Origin: an uncultured Victivallales bacterium
GTDB taxonomy: Bacteria > Verrucomicrobiota > Lentisphaeria > Victivallales > UBA1829
DNA length: 64,000 nucleotides
Assembly (NCBI GenBank): GCA_934661375.1
Contig: CAKUJH010000005.1
Span: forward strand, 2,498-66,497
Reading direction: 5' to 3'
The translations under genes were made by a program, and so were the position numbers. The notes beneath the pieces were generated by a model. The model worked only from the letters and a program-made list of their open reading frames with translations, was not told where the DNA came from and did no database searches. Numbering within the stretch: position 1 is the stretch's first letter; the number at the start of each line of letters is the position of its first letter. Below, piece after piece: positions 7,360 through 17,464 of the stretch.

Positions 7360-10300
7360 GTGGGAAAAGTTACGGAATACGAGAAAATTTTAAAAAAATG
7401 GCTGAAGAAGCCGTTTTTTACCGGACGGCAACTCTGCTCGGTGGACGAGAGTGTGGTGTCGCTGCTGGTTCTTTCGCTGTACTGCCGGGAACCGGGGAAG
7501 CGTCTGCTGCTGGAAACGCCGGGTTTTGCGCTGGGGGAAAAAATCCGCGGAGAACTGCTGCAATGGGCGGCGGGACTGGGATTGACGCCGCGCGTTCTGC
7601 TGCTTCCGGACGGTTCCAGCGGCGGCAAAAAACTGATGGAATCGGAAATTCCCCGCGCTAAAGTTCTGGATGAAGTACTGAATAATCCGCCGGATATTCT
7701 GATCGTATCCGCTTCTGCCGAACTGTCGCCGGCACCTGCACCTGACCGGATGCGCCGTTCGGAGCTGATTCTGAAGCCCGGCATGGAGCTGGCTCCGGAA
7801 AAACTGGCGGAACTGCTGACAGGCATGGACTATGATGATGAACCCGAAGTGGTTCAGAAGGGCGAATTTGCCCGGCGCGGCGGACTGATTGACGTATTTT
7901 CGCCGGCGTCCGAACAGCCGGCGCGCATTGAATTTTTCGGCGATGAAATCGAATCCATCCGGCTGTTTTCGGCGCAAGCCCAGATTTCGACCGGAGAAGT
8001 TCAGGAATATAAGCTGATTATGCGTTCCGGGGCGGGTGAATCTGAATCGGTTCAGGACAGTGATTTCACGGAATATGTCAAATGCTATAATCCTCAGATT
8101 GTTACGCTGTTTCCTTCCGAATGTGTGGAGATTCTGAAACGGTTCGGGGCTGCCGGTATGCCGGAACGCTGGCTGGCGCTTCATGAAAAAGAACCCGCCT
8201 GGCGTGATTCCATCCGTCTGCTGGATGAATTGGAAAGTGCATCTGTTCCGGAAAAGGAAAAATGTATCTCCCCGGTTTTTCCGTCGGCGCGTCATATTCT
8301 GAAATTGGTTCCGGAGGGCACGGAGGAAAATTTTTCCGAGCTGATCCGCCAGATCAGTTCCAGTCTGATCCGTCAGCTTGCCGGCGAAAAATACCGGGTG
8401 CTGATAGCGGGCGGGGCAGACGGCAGTCAGAATGCTCTGCATCAATGGCTGGAGGAAGAGCATCTGGACAAGCTGGAGAATGTGGAATGTCTTCCCTTGA
8501 CGATTCCGCGCGGTGTTTTTCTGCCCGGAGAAAAACTTGCACTGTTTTCGGAGTATGAACTGTATTCTTCACCGCGGCGTCTGGCGTCCGGCAAAAAAAC
8601 GGCTCCGGAGCCTGTGGAAGAACAGGATTTCCGCAAAGACAAAGTGCGCGACGCCATCGGGGAAAGTCTTTCATCCGATCTAGAGGAGGGAGATTACGCC
8701 GTTCATCTGAACTACGGGATCTGCATTTACCGCGGGCTGAAAACCGTTTCCGACAAGCAAAGCACCTCCGAAGTGATGGAACTGGAATTTGAAGACGACA
8801 AAATTGTGTATGTTCCGATCTGGCAGTCCTATTGCGTATCGCGTTATATCGGTTCACGGAAAGGAAACGTCAAGCTGAGCAAGATCGGCAGCACCCGCTG
8901 GAATAAAACCAAATCCGACGCCGCGGATTCGGTGCGCACGCTGGCTCTGGACATGCTTCGGGTTCATGCGATCCGCTGCCGTGCGGAAGGCACGAAATTT
9001 CCGGATGACGATCTGGCACAGCATCTTTTTGAAAAATCTTTTCCGTTCACGGAAACCCCGGATCAGCTGCGCGCGGCGGAGGAAATCAAGAAGGACATGG
9101 AGTCGCCGCGTCCGATGGACCGTCTGCTGTGCGGCGATGTGGGATACGGCAAAACGGAAATTGCCATGCGCGCCGTGTTCAAGTGTGTGATGTCGGGACG
9201 GCAGGCCGCGGTACTGGTGCCGACAACGGTTCTGGCGCAGCAGCACTACTATAATTTTCTGGAACGCTTTGCGGAATATCCGGTCATCATCGAGACACTC
9301 AGCCGATTCCGCACCAAAGCGCAGCAGCGGGAAATCATTGAACGCCTGAAACATGGCAAGGTGGATGTGGTGATCGGGACGCACCGTCTGCTTCAGGAAG
9401 ATGTGAAATTCCAGAATCTCGGTCTGGTCGTGGTGGACGAGGAACAGCGATTCGGGGTCATGCACAAGGAAAAACTGAAAAATCTCCGCACCACGGTGGA
9501 TGTGCTGACGATGACTGCGACGCCGATTCCGCGGACACTGTATTTTTCGATGGCGGGGATGCGTGATCTCAGTACGATCATGAGCGCACCGGTACAGCGT
9601 CTTCCGGTGCAGACCGTGGTTTCGCAGTATGACGACCAGCTGATTGCGGGGGCGATTTCGCGGGAACTGCAGCGCGGCGGACAGGTGTATTATCTGCACA
9701 ACCGGGTGCAGTCGATCGAAGATACAGCGGAACATCTGCGGCAGATGTTTCCCGCGGCACGCATCGGGGTTGGTCATGGGCAGATGGACGAGCATCAGCT
9801 GGAAGAAGTCATGGGATCCTTCATTGAGGGAAAAACCGATATCCTGGTCAGCACCACGATCATTGAATCCGGACTGGACATTCCGAATGCGAACACCATT
9901 CTGATCGAACGTGCGGACCGCTTTGGACTGGCGGAGCTGTATCAGCTGCGCGGACGGGTTGGACGCTGGCGGCGGCAGGCGTATGCGTACCTGCTGCTGC
10001 CGAAAAACGGAATCATGTCGGGCGATGTGCGGAAGCGGATTGCCGCCATGCGCAAATACACCCATCTGGGCGCAGGGTTCAAGCTGGCTCTGCGCGACCT
10101 GGAAATCCGCGGCGCCGGCAACATTCTGGGCGCGGAACAGAGCGGTCATATCAATGCAATCGGTTTCACTCTGTACTGCGATCTGCTGCGGACGGTAACT
10201 TCCCAGCTGAAAGGCGAGGAGACCACGCTGCGCCGGGAATGCAATGTGTATCTGGACTTTGTGGAATATGCGCTGAAAGCTCCGCCCGGCAAAGCCGCCG

Positions 10301-10647
10301 CGGCGTTTTCGCCGGATTACATCAATTCCGAACGGCTGCGTCTGGATGCGTACCGCCGTCTGGCTTCGATTCACGATGCGGCGAAGCTGAATGAATTTGA
10401 AAAGGAAATCACGGATCGTTTCGGACGAATGCCGCGGGAAGCCGAAAACCTGCTGGTCTGCGCACGGATCCGGATTCTGGGGGAGGGCGCGCGTCTGCGG
10501 TCGCTCAGCTGTTCTGCCGGACGGATTCTGATGGAGCGCGGGCAGGAGCTGGTTAAAGTGAACGGACGGATTCCGATTCTGCCGAATATGGGGACACCGG
10601 AAGCGAAACTGCGGATGCTGAAGGGGATGCTGGAAAAATTCTGGTGA
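7360..10647 (+). CDS. mfd: transcription-repair coupling factor
   Basis: 1095 aa with a CarD/TRCF-type RNAP-interaction region (DYAVHLNYGICIYRGL) and SF2 translocase motifs GDVGYGKTE and VVDEEQRFG, plus a C-terminal TRG region. GTG start. Confidence 0.9.
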   Translation: MGKVTEYEKILKKWLKKPFFTGRQLCSVDESVVSLLVLSLYCREPGKRLLLETPGFALGEKIRGELLQWAAGLGLTPRVLLLPDGSSGGKKLMESEIPRAKVLDEVLNNPPDILIVSASAELSPAPAPDRMRRSELILKPGMELAPEKLAELLTGMDYDDEPEVVQKGEFARRGGLIDVFSPASEQPARIEFFGDEIESIRLFSAQAQISTGEVQEYKLIMRSGAGESESVQDSDFTEYVKCYNPQIVTLFPSECVEILKRFGAAGMPERWLALHEKEPAWRDSIRLLDELESASVPEKEKCISPVFPSARHILKLVPEGTEENFSELIRQISSSLIRQLAGEKYRVLIAGGADGSQNALHQWLEEEHLDKLENVECLPLTIPRGVFLPGEKLALFSEYELYSSPRRLASGKKTAPEPVEEQDFRKDKVRDAIGESLSSDLEEGDYAVHLNYGICIYRGLKTVSDKQSTSEVMELEFEDDKIVYVPIWQSYCVSRYIGSRKGNVKLSKIGSTRWNKTKSDAADSVRTLALDMLRVHAIRCRAEGTKFPDDDLAQHLFEKSFPFTETPDQLRAAEEIKKDMESPRPMDRLLCGDVGYGKTEIAMRAVFKCVMSGRQAAVLVPTTVLAQQHYYNFLERFAEYPVIIETLSRFRTKAQQREIIERLKHGKVDVVIGTHRLLQEDVKFQNLGLVVVDEEQRFGVMHKEKLKNLRTTVDVLTMTATPIPRTLYFSMAGMRDLSTIMSAPVQRLPVQTVVSQYDDQLIAGAISRELQRGGQVYYLHNRVQSIEDTAEHLRQMFPAARIGVGHGQMDEHQLEEVMGSFIEGKTDILVSTTIIESGLDIPNANTILIERADRFGLAELYQLRGRVGRWRRQAYAYLLLPKNGIMSGDVRKRIAAMRKYTHLGAGFKLALRDLEIRGAGNILGAEQSGHINAIGFTLYCDLLRTVTSQLKGEETTLRRECNVYLDFVEYALKAPPGKAAAAFSPDYINSERLRLDAYRRLASIHDAAKLNEFEKEITDRFGRMPREAENLLVCARIRILGEGARLRSLSCSAGRILMERGQELVKVNGRIPILPNMGTPEAKLRMLKGMLEKFW

Positions 10648-11032
10648 TCCGCAAAAGACCGGGGGGATCTCCATTGATTGCTCCCGGCGTTTTTCAATCC
10701 GTGCCGTGCCTGGCTGACGGAGCGTGAAACGCACATGCCGTCCTCGAAGCGGCGATTGATTCCTGCGCTGACGGAAAATTTCCCGCCTGTCTTTCCGGAC
10801 TTGTCCATGTCCGGGCTTTCTTTCAGGTTCATGAACCGATATACTTCATTCCGGCTTTTTTCAGCCGCGAAACCGGATAAAAAACGCATTTTAAGCGAGT
10901 TTTCCATTTGCAAAATGGTGGTTTGTGTGGCATATTACCTGCTTTATTATTTAATTAATTGCATAACATAATTTTTTGAATGCTGAACTGTTTACGGACA
11001 GGACGGCGTTCTGAGATATAGCGGGGGCGGAA

Positions 11033-11263
11033 ATGTGTGTGGCTTTTCCAATGAAAATTGTTGAAGTCCGGGATTCCGGACACGGCACAGCTTCCTGCGG
11101 CGGAGTGATCCGCGAGGTGAACACGCGGCTTCTGAAAGATTGCCGGATCGGTGATTTTGTGCTGGTCCATGCCGGGTATGCCATAGAAAAAGTTACACCG
11201 GATACGGCGGAAACCATGCTGGAATATTTCCGCGAAATCGACGACCGGAAGACGGACAAATGA
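11033..11263 (+). CDS. hypC: [NiFe] hydrogenase maturation chaperone HypC/HybG family
   Basis: 76 aa. The N-terminal MCVAFPMKIV carries the essential Cys2 of the MC(L/V)xIP motif. Its stop overlaps the hypD start (ATGA). Confidence 0.9.
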   Translation: MCVAFPMKIVEVRDSGHGTASCGGVIREVNTRLLKDCRIGDFVLVHAGYAIEKVTPDTAETMLEYFREIDDRKTDK

Positions 11264-12315
11264 GCAGTGAACATATAGAACTGGTGCGGCGGGTTCTGTC
11301 GGAAAAAGCTGCGGCTGCCGGACGGAAAATCCGTCTGATGGAAGTGTGCGGAAGCCACAGCTTTGCCATAGCCCGTGCCGGAATCCGCAATCTGCTGCCT
11401 GAAAATGTGAAACTGCTTTCCGGACCGGGGTGTCCGGTCTGTGTGTCCGGTGAAAATTTCATCTCCAAAGTCATTCTGCTGGCGCGTGCCGGAGTGCGGG
11501 TGGCGGTGTTCGGCGATCTGCTCCGGATTCCGTCTCCGCTCGGTACGCCGGGCGCGGAAAAGGGGCTGATGGTCATTTATTCCCCCGAAGAAGTTCTTTC
11601 GTATGCGCGCGCGCACAAAGATGAGAGTGTGGTTTTTGCCGCCGTGGGTTTTGAACCGACGCAAGCCGCGGCAGCCGCGATGCTGGACGAAGCGGCGGAA
11701 GACGGTCTGGACAACTTTTCCATTCTGTGCGATTTCAAGAACATACGCCCTGTGCTGGACCGTCTCTGCACAGATTCGGAGTCTCCGCTTGACGGTTTTC
11801 TGCTGCCGGGACATGTGGCTGCCGTGACGGGTGTGGACTGGTTCCGCGGGCTGGCGGTGCCGGGGGTGATTTCCGGATTTGCGCCGGAAAATATTCTGAC
11901 GTCGCTGGCGATGCTGCTGGAGCTGGCTGCGGCAAAACGGCGGGAAGTGGTGAACAATTATCCTTCGAGCGTAACAGCGGAAGGAAGTACGGGTGCGCGG
12001 GAACTGATCCGGAAGTATTTTGAACCGGCGGATGGTGAATGGCGCGGTCTGGGCGTAATTCCCGGCGGCAACCGTGCGCTGCGGCAGAAATATTCCCGTT
12101 TCGATGCAATGAACCGTTTTGAAGTGCTGAAACAGCCTCTGCCGTCTGCACCGGACCGCGGCTGCCGCTGCGGTGAAGTGCTGACCGGACGGCTCGCGCC
12201 GGAAGAGTGTCCGCTGTATGATAAAATCTGTACGCCGGAACATCCGGTCGGAGCCTGCATGGTGAGTGTGGAAGGGGCTTGCGCCGCTTCCTGGTACAAC
12301 CGGGGGAGGTGCTGA
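11260..12315 (+). CDS. hypD: [NiFe] hydrogenase maturation protein HypD
   Basis: HypD motifs EVCGSHS, GPGCPVCV, GFEPT and PGHVAAVTG are present. Confidence 0.9.
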   Translation: MSSEHIELVRRVLSEKAAAAGRKIRLMEVCGSHSFAIARAGIRNLLPENVKLLSGPGCPVCVSGENFISKVILLARAGVRVAVFGDLLRIPSPLGTPGAEKGLMVIYSPEEVLSYARAHKDESVVFAAVGFEPTQAAAAAMLDEAAEDGLDNFSILCDFKNIRPVLDRLCTDSESPLDGFLLPGHVAAVTGVDWFRGLAVPGVISGFAPENILTSLAMLLELAAAKRREVVNNYPSSVTAEGSTGARELIRKYFEPADGEWRGLGVIPGGNRALRQKYSRFDAMNRFEVLKQPLPSAPDRGCRCGEVLTGRLAPEECPLYDKICTPEHPVGACMVSVEGACAASWYNRGRC

Positions 12316-12316
12316 C

Positions 12317-13327
12317 ATGAAGAACGGCGAATCCGGAATCATGCTGTCGCAAGGCGGAGGCGGAGCGGCTTCCGCGCGTTTGATTGAAGAGGAAATTGTA
12401 TCCCGTTTCGGCGGGCGCGGCAAGGTATTGTCGGGACTGCCGGATGCGGCGTTTCTGCCGGAAGGTCTGCTGTTTTCCACGGACAGTTTTGTAGTGAATC
12501 CGCGCTTTTTTCCCGGTGGAAATGTGGGAAAACTGGCGGTCTGCGGAACGATCAATGATCTTCTGGTGAGCGGCGGCATTCCGAAATATCTGTCGCTGGC
12601 GCTGGTGCTGGAAGAAGGTTTTTCCTGTGCGGAGCTGTCGGAAATTCTGGATACGGTACGGGAAACCGCAGAAACGGAACAGGTGGTCATTGCCACCGGG
12701 GACACGAAAGTGGTTCCGGCTGGCGCAGTGGACGGCATCATCATCAATACGGCAGGAATCGGTTTTCCGCGTCCGGGGATTGCGCTGGGACGTGCCGGAC
12801 TGAAAGCCGGAGACCGTATTCTGGTAAGCGGCAGTCTGGGGGAACACGGCATGGCGGTGCTTGCTGCCCGGCATGGGATTGCCGGTCCGGGTATTCGGAG
12901 CGACTGCGCATCGATCCGGCGGTTTGTGGAAACTGCGCTGGAACAGGCGGGGAACGGAGTCCGTCTGATGCGTGATCCGACCCGCGGGGGCTGTGGCGCC
13001 GTACTGACGGAACTGCTTCACGGGACGGCATTCGGTGCGGAACTGGATGAAACGTCGATTCCGGTTTCGGAAGGAGTGCGTTCGCTGTGCGGCATGACGG
13101 GAATCGATCCGATGTTTGTGGCGTGCGAAGGCAGGGTTGTGGTGATCGCTGCGGAAGAAGCGGCGGACAGGATTCTGTCCCGCTGGAAAGAACTGCCGGG
13201 CGGGGAACAGGCATCCATCATAGGGGTGCTGAATTCCGTGCCGGAAGAAATCGTGATTCGCGGGGAGTGGGGCGGATTGCGCAGAATGGTACTGCCGGAA
13301 GGTGACCCGATACCGAGGATTTGCTGA
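12317..13327 (+). CDS. hypE: [NiFe] hydrogenase maturation protein HypE (carbamoyl dehydratase)
   Basis: PurM-like fold sequence (TDSFVVNPRFFPGGNVGKLAVCGTINDL) and the diagnostic C-terminal PRIC. ATG 12317 with a GGGGGAGG SD is preferred to the track start at 12266. Confidence 0.9.
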   Translation: MKNGESGIMLSQGGGGAASARLIEEEIVSRFGGRGKVLSGLPDAAFLPEGLLFSTDSFVVNPRFFPGGNVGKLAVCGTINDLLVSGGIPKYLSLALVLEEGFSCAELSEILDTVRETAETEQVVIATGDTKVVPAGAVDGIIINTAGIGFPRPGIALGRAGLKAGDRILVSGSLGEHGMAVLAARHGIAGPGIRSDCASIRRFVETALEQAGNGVRLMRDPTRGGCGAVLTELLHGTAFGAELDETSIPVSEGVRSLCGMTGIDPMFVACEGRVVVIAAEEAADRILSRWKELPGGEQASIIGVLNSVPEEIVIRGEWGGLRRMVLPEGDPIPRIC

Positions 13328-13328
13328 C

Positions 13329-13679
13329 ATGCACGAACTTGCCATAGCTCAATCTCTTCTGAACACCATCAGTTCCTGGCGCGATCAGCACAACGGAGCG
13401 AAAGTTCTGTCCGCCCGGATCGAGGTGGGGCGTCTGGGCGGCGTGGATCCCGAAGCACTTCAGTTTGCGTGGGAAGCGGCATGTGAATTCGTGAGCGGCG
13501 GCAGATTGAAGGACTGCCGTCTGGAAATAGAGCTTCTGCCTTTGCATTATCACTGCGGAGGCTGCGGCGAAGATTTTGAAACGGAAACATTAACTGATTC
13601 CTGTCCCGCGTGCGGCCGGAAATATCCGGAGCGTCTCGGCGGCAAGGAATTGAACCTGAAATCGTTAGAGGTGGAATAA
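13329..13679 (+). CDS. hypA: [NiFe] hydrogenase nickel-insertion protein HypA
   Basis: Starts MHELAIAQSLL and has a zinc-finger pair CGGCG...CPACG. ATG 13329 is preferred to the track start at 13302. Confidence 0.9.
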   Translation: MHELAIAQSLLNTISSWRDQHNGAKVLSARIEVGRLGGVDPEALQFAWEAACEFVSGGRLKDCRLEIELLPLHYHCGGCGEDFETETLTDSCPACGRKYPERLGGKELNLKSLEVE

Positions 13680-14470
13680 TGTGCAAGGAATGCGGATGCG
13701 GTCAGACCGGTCATAATCATGTTCACGCGCATACCGGACCGGACGGGAAGGTGTACTACCATACCCATGAGGAACATGTGCATGATGCGGAAGCGCATGA
13801 ACATCATCATGAACCGGAAAGCGGGAAAACCGTGACGCTGGGGCAGGCGATACTGGCGGAAAACGATCATATTGCAGCGCACAACCGAGCCTGGTTTGCG
13901 CAGCGCGGACTGCGGGTGTTCAATCTGATTTCATCGCCCGGTTCCGGAAAGACCACCCTGCTGGTGAAAACACTGGAACGCCTGAAAGCGAAAAATATTC
14001 CCTGCGCCGTGATTGTCGGCGACCAGTACGGAGAAATTGACGCGGAACGGATGCGTGTTACCGGAGTTCCCGTTACGCAGATTCAGGTGCATGACAGCTG
14101 CCATCTGACGGCGCAGCAGGTCAATGCCGTGCTGGAAAAAGCAATTCCCGCAGATACGAAAATAGTGTTCATCGAGAATGTCGGAAATCTGGTGTGTCCC
14201 GTGGCATTCGATCTGGGAGAACAGGAAAAAATCGCTTTGCTGTCCACTCCGGAAGGCGAGGAAAAGCCGTTGAAATATCCGGGGCTGTTCAGCGCGGCAC
14301 ATCTGGTTCTGCTGACCAAGAGCGACTTGTCGGATGCTCTGGGCTGGGATCGTGAACAGTGCCGGAAAAATATCCGCATGGTGAACCCCGGTGCGCGGAT
14401 ACTGGAAGTTTCCGCCCGGACGGAAGCGGGGCTGGACGGCTGGATTTCGTATCTGGAAGAGACTTTGTGA
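13679..14470 (+). CDS. hypB: [NiFe] hydrogenase nickel-incorporation GTPase HypB
   Basis: MCKECGCG N-terminus, a His-rich stretch (HNHVHAHTG...HEEHVHDAEAHEHHHE), P-loop SSPGSGKTTLL, ENVGNLVCP and LLTKSDL. The ATG overlaps the hypA stop. Confidence 0.9.
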   Translation: MCKECGCGQTGHNHVHAHTGPDGKVYYHTHEEHVHDAEAHEHHHEPESGKTVTLGQAILAENDHIAAHNRAWFAQRGLRVFNLISSPGSGKTTLLVKTLERLKAKNIPCAVIVGDQYGEIDAERMRVTGVPVTQIQVHDSCHLTAQQVNAVLEKAIPADTKIVFIENVGNLVCPVAFDLGEQEKIALLSTPEGEEKPLKYPGLFSAAHLVLLTKSDLSDALGWDREQCRKNIRMVNPGARILEVSARTEAGLDGWISYLEETL

Positions 14471-14523
14471 AAGAACAACGAACTTTACAATAAACCAACA
14501 AAACAACCAAAAGAAAGGAAATC

Positions 14524-16569
14524 ATGGAGAGCATCCAGAGTTTTCTGCAACAGGCGCAAGTTCAGAATTGGACTTTGTTCAGTCTGATTCTGCTGCCTGT
14601 GGTGTTCGGGACGCTGACCTGGCTGTGCGGAGACCGCGATAAACTGCGGCGCGTACTGGTCTGGGCTGCGGCTGTCGTAATTTTTGCCGGAGGTCTTCTG
14701 ACCGTCTGGCAGTCCATGGGCGGGAAACTGTCCGAAGATGTGTGGGAACTGACTTTGCCGGCGCGTTATGCCAATATCGGCTTTGCGCTGGAATCGCTGA
14801 TACTGCTGGTGATTCTGGCAGTCGCGATCCGGATCCGCAATGTCTGGATTACGGTTTTTGCGGTGATTCAGGCGGCATTTGCCATCGGCGGACATTTTCT
14901 GCACGGCGGAGCGGAAGCGCAGACTCTGACGCTGTTCCGGATCGACAATCTTTCCCGGATTCTGCTGCTGGTGACTTCGGTGGTCGGCAGTGCCATCATG
15001 ATTTTCGCCATGGGGTACATGAAGGAACACATGCGCCATCTGTATGCGCTGGGACGGAACCGCGCCCCGAAAGGTGCCGGAACGGAAGGAAGATTCTTCT
15101 TTTTCTTCATCAGTTTCCTGGGCTTCATGATCGGTCTGGTAACGTCGAACAATTTCTCGTTTTTCTCGGCATTCTGGGAAGCGACGACGCTGTGTTCGTA
15201 TGCTCTGATCGGTCAGGACGGCGGCGACGCCCGGCGAATCAATGCGACCCGCGCGCTGCTGATCAACAGTTTCGGCGGAGTGCTGCTGCTGGGCGGTATT
15301 TTCATATTGAAATACAATGGGCTGGGCGAAGATTTTCAGACGATGTTCCAGCATAATGCATCTGCGCTGACCCTGCTGCCTGCGGTGCTGCTGTGCATGG
15401 CGGCGTTCACGAAATCGGCATTGTTCCCGTTCCAGAGCTGGCTGCTGGGGGCGATGGTTGCGCCGACGCCGGTTTCCGCACTGCTTCACGCTGCGACCAT
15501 GGTGAAAGCCGGCGTTTACCTGGTGATGCGTCTGACCCCGAATTACTCGCAGTATTCTTCCTTCATGATGATGATTGCCTTTGCCGGGGCATTGTCCTTT
15601 GCGGGCGCGGCATTCCTTGCCTGTACGCAGACCAATGCGAAAAAAGTGCTGGCGTATTCCACGATTTCGAATCTGGGACTGGTGGTTGCCTGTGCCGGCA
15701 TCGAATCTCCGCTGGCGTATGCGGCGGGACTTTCCATTATTACTTTCCATGCCATATCCAAGGGACTGCTGTTCCTGTGTGTTGGACGTATTGAACAGAA
15801 GATCGGCAGCCGCGACATTGAAAAGATGGACGGTATGCCGCACCGGATGTTCTTCACGACTTGCATTGCGCTGATCGGGATGATGTCCATGCTGCTGCCG
15901 CCGTTCGGTATGCTGCTGAGCAAATGGTTGGCGATTGAAGCCACCATCAAATCGCCGTTCCTGCTGGTGTTCATGGTGATCGGTTCCGCTTTCACTGTGT
16001 ATTTCTGGGCAAAATGGATGGGACACATGCAGCTGACCGGTTACCATGAAACAACCCCGAAGGAAGATATTCCCGGCACTATGAAAATATCGTTGAGCAT
16101 TCTGGCGTTTCTGGTGATTGCTACAGGGATTGTCACGATGATGATCTTTTCCGGCGTGTTCACGCATATGGCGAAAGAAGCCTTCCCGCTGATGACGGAT
16201 GCACTTTCCCGCATGACGGCGGAACAGGCGTCGTTCCCTGCCTGGATGGTGCTGACCTGCCTGTTTGCCGGACTGATTTTTGCCGGACTGCTGAGTCTGT
16301 TTGTTCTGAAAAAACAGGATATCCGGCCTCCGTATCTGTGCGGAGAGAATGCGATTTCCATTGAGGAAGAGCAGAATCCGGAGATGAACAGGAGCGGAGT
16401 CAAGAGTTATGACTTCTATTCGGTTGGCGGCAAAGTGGAACATGCCGTGTTCGCCAGCTATTATTTCACGAAATACATCAGCGAAGATTTTGTGACCAAG
16501 GGCATGAACTGGTTCGGCTGGCTGGTTCTGATTGTGCTTTTCGGCTGTGCCGTTGCCAACATTCACTGA
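14524..16569 (+). CDS. echA: Ech-type membrane hydrogenase, antiporter-like subunit (NuoL/HyfB-like)
   Basis: 681 aa and polytopic, with the NuoL/Mrp-type core WLLGAMVAPTPVSALLHAATMVKAGVYL. First gene of a six-gene cluster whose order matches echABCDEF. Confidence 0.8.
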   Translation: MESIQSFLQQAQVQNWTLFSLILLPVVFGTLTWLCGDRDKLRRVLVWAAAVVIFAGGLLTVWQSMGGKLSEDVWELTLPARYANIGFALESLILLVILAVAIRIRNVWITVFAVIQAAFAIGGHFLHGGAEAQTLTLFRIDNLSRILLLVTSVVGSAIMIFAMGYMKEHMRHLYALGRNRAPKGAGTEGRFFFFFISFLGFMIGLVTSNNFSFFSAFWEATTLCSYALIGQDGGDARRINATRALLINSFGGVLLLGGIFILKYNGLGEDFQTMFQHNASALTLLPAVLLCMAAFTKSALFPFQSWLLGAMVAPTPVSALLHAATMVKAGVYLVMRLTPNYSQYSSFMMMIAFAGALSFAGAAFLACTQTNAKKVLAYSTISNLGLVVACAGIESPLAYAAGLSIITFHAISKGLLFLCVGRIEQKIGSRDIEKMDGMPHRMFFTTCIALIGMMSMLLPPFGMLLSKWLAIEATIKSPFLLVFMVIGSAFTVYFWAKWMGHMQLTGYHETTPKEDIPGTMKISLSILAFLVIATGIVTMMIFSGVFTHMAKEAFPLMTDALSRMTAEQASFPAWMVLTCLFAGLIFAGLLSLFVLKKQDIRPPYLCGENAISIEEEQNPEMNRSGVKSYDFYSVGGKVEHAVFASYYFTKYISEDFVTKGMNWFGWLVLIVLFGCAVANIH

Positions 16570-16588
16570 GAAGGGATAGAACAGAGAA

Positions 16589-17461
16589 ATGGAATTTTTG
16601 CATAGCCTTATAGAATCGCCGGTCTGGCGCTGTGTTCTGGCATTGCTGCTGGCACCGATGCTCGGCACTTTGCTGTGCGGCGTAGACCGCAAACTGACAG
16701 CCCGGATGCAGGGACGGGTCGGACCGTCTTTCTGGCAGCCGGTGTATGACCTGTTCAAACTTTTCGGCAAACAGCCGATGATGATCCACCGGATCCAGAT
16801 CATGTACGCGATCCTGCATCTGTTTTTCCTGCTGCTGGTGGTGGTGCTGCTGGTGCTGGGACAGGATCTGCTGATGATTCTGTTCTGCCAGGCGTTTTCC
16901 GCGCTGTGTCTGGTGATCGCCGCCATGAGCGTGCGTTCCCCGTACAGCTGGATCGGCAGTCAGCGCAAGATTCTCCAGATGCTGGCGTATGAGCCGACCC
17001 TGGTTCTGCTGATTCTGGCGGTTTATCTGCGGACGGACAGTTTCATGGGGTGCAAGGTGCTGGAAAGCGGTACTCCGCTGATTTACTCCATGCCGCTGCT
17101 GTTTGTGTCTCTGCTGTGTGTGATCTGCATTGAGTTTGAGAAATCGCCCTTTGATGTGGCGAGTTCGCATCATGCACATCAGGAAATCGTGAAAGGCACG
17201 ATGCTGGAGTTCTCCGGTCCGTTCCTGGGATTGATTGAACTTGCCCATGCGTATGAAATGGCGATTTTCTTCGGTCTCATGGTGGCGTTCTGGCATACTT
17301 CGCTGATCATGGGCATCGTGCTGGCATTCTTCGGTTTCCTGATGGTGCTGGTTGCCGACAACGTCTGCGCGCGTCTCACCTCCTTCTGGATGGTGCGGTT
17401 CATGTGGACAATTCCGCTGACTCTTTCGCTTGCCAATCTGGTTTGGCTCTGGAGGAAATAA
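16589..17461 (+). CDS. echB: Ech-type hydrogenase membrane subunit (NuoH/HycD-like)
   Basis: 290 aa and polytopic. KSPFDVASSHHAHQEIVKGTMLEFSG matches the NuoH PFD...E...G...E(Y/F)SG signature. Confidence 0.8.
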   Translation: MEFLHSLIESPVWRCVLALLLAPMLGTLLCGVDRKLTARMQGRVGPSFWQPVYDLFKLFGKQPMMIHRIQIMYAILHLFFLLLVVVLLVLGQDLLMILFCQAFSALCLVIAAMSVRSPYSWIGSQRKILQMLAYEPTLVLLILAVYLRTDSFMGCKVLESGTPLIYSMPLLFVSLLCVICIEFEKSPFDVASSHHAHQEIVKGTMLEFSGPFLGLIELAHAYEMAIFFGLMVAFWHTSLIMGIVLAFFGFLMVLVADNVCARLTSFWMVRFMWTIPLTLSLANLVWLWRK

Positions 17462-17464
17462 ATC

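Noticed and set aside
7390-10734. 357-aa and 626-aa minus-strand ORFs opposite mfd
   Set aside because: These are antisense shadows. mfd motifs (GDVGYGKTE, DEEQ) are on the + strand.
10951-13345. 633-aa and 536-aa minus-strand ORFs (10951-12852, 11735-13345) opposite hypD/hypE
   Set aside because: Their Arg/Pro/Ser-rich translations have no motifs, and they have no SD. The + strand encodes HypC/D/E/A with diagnostic motifs (GPGCPVCV, PRIC). These are typical long antisense ORFs of GC-rich coding DNA.
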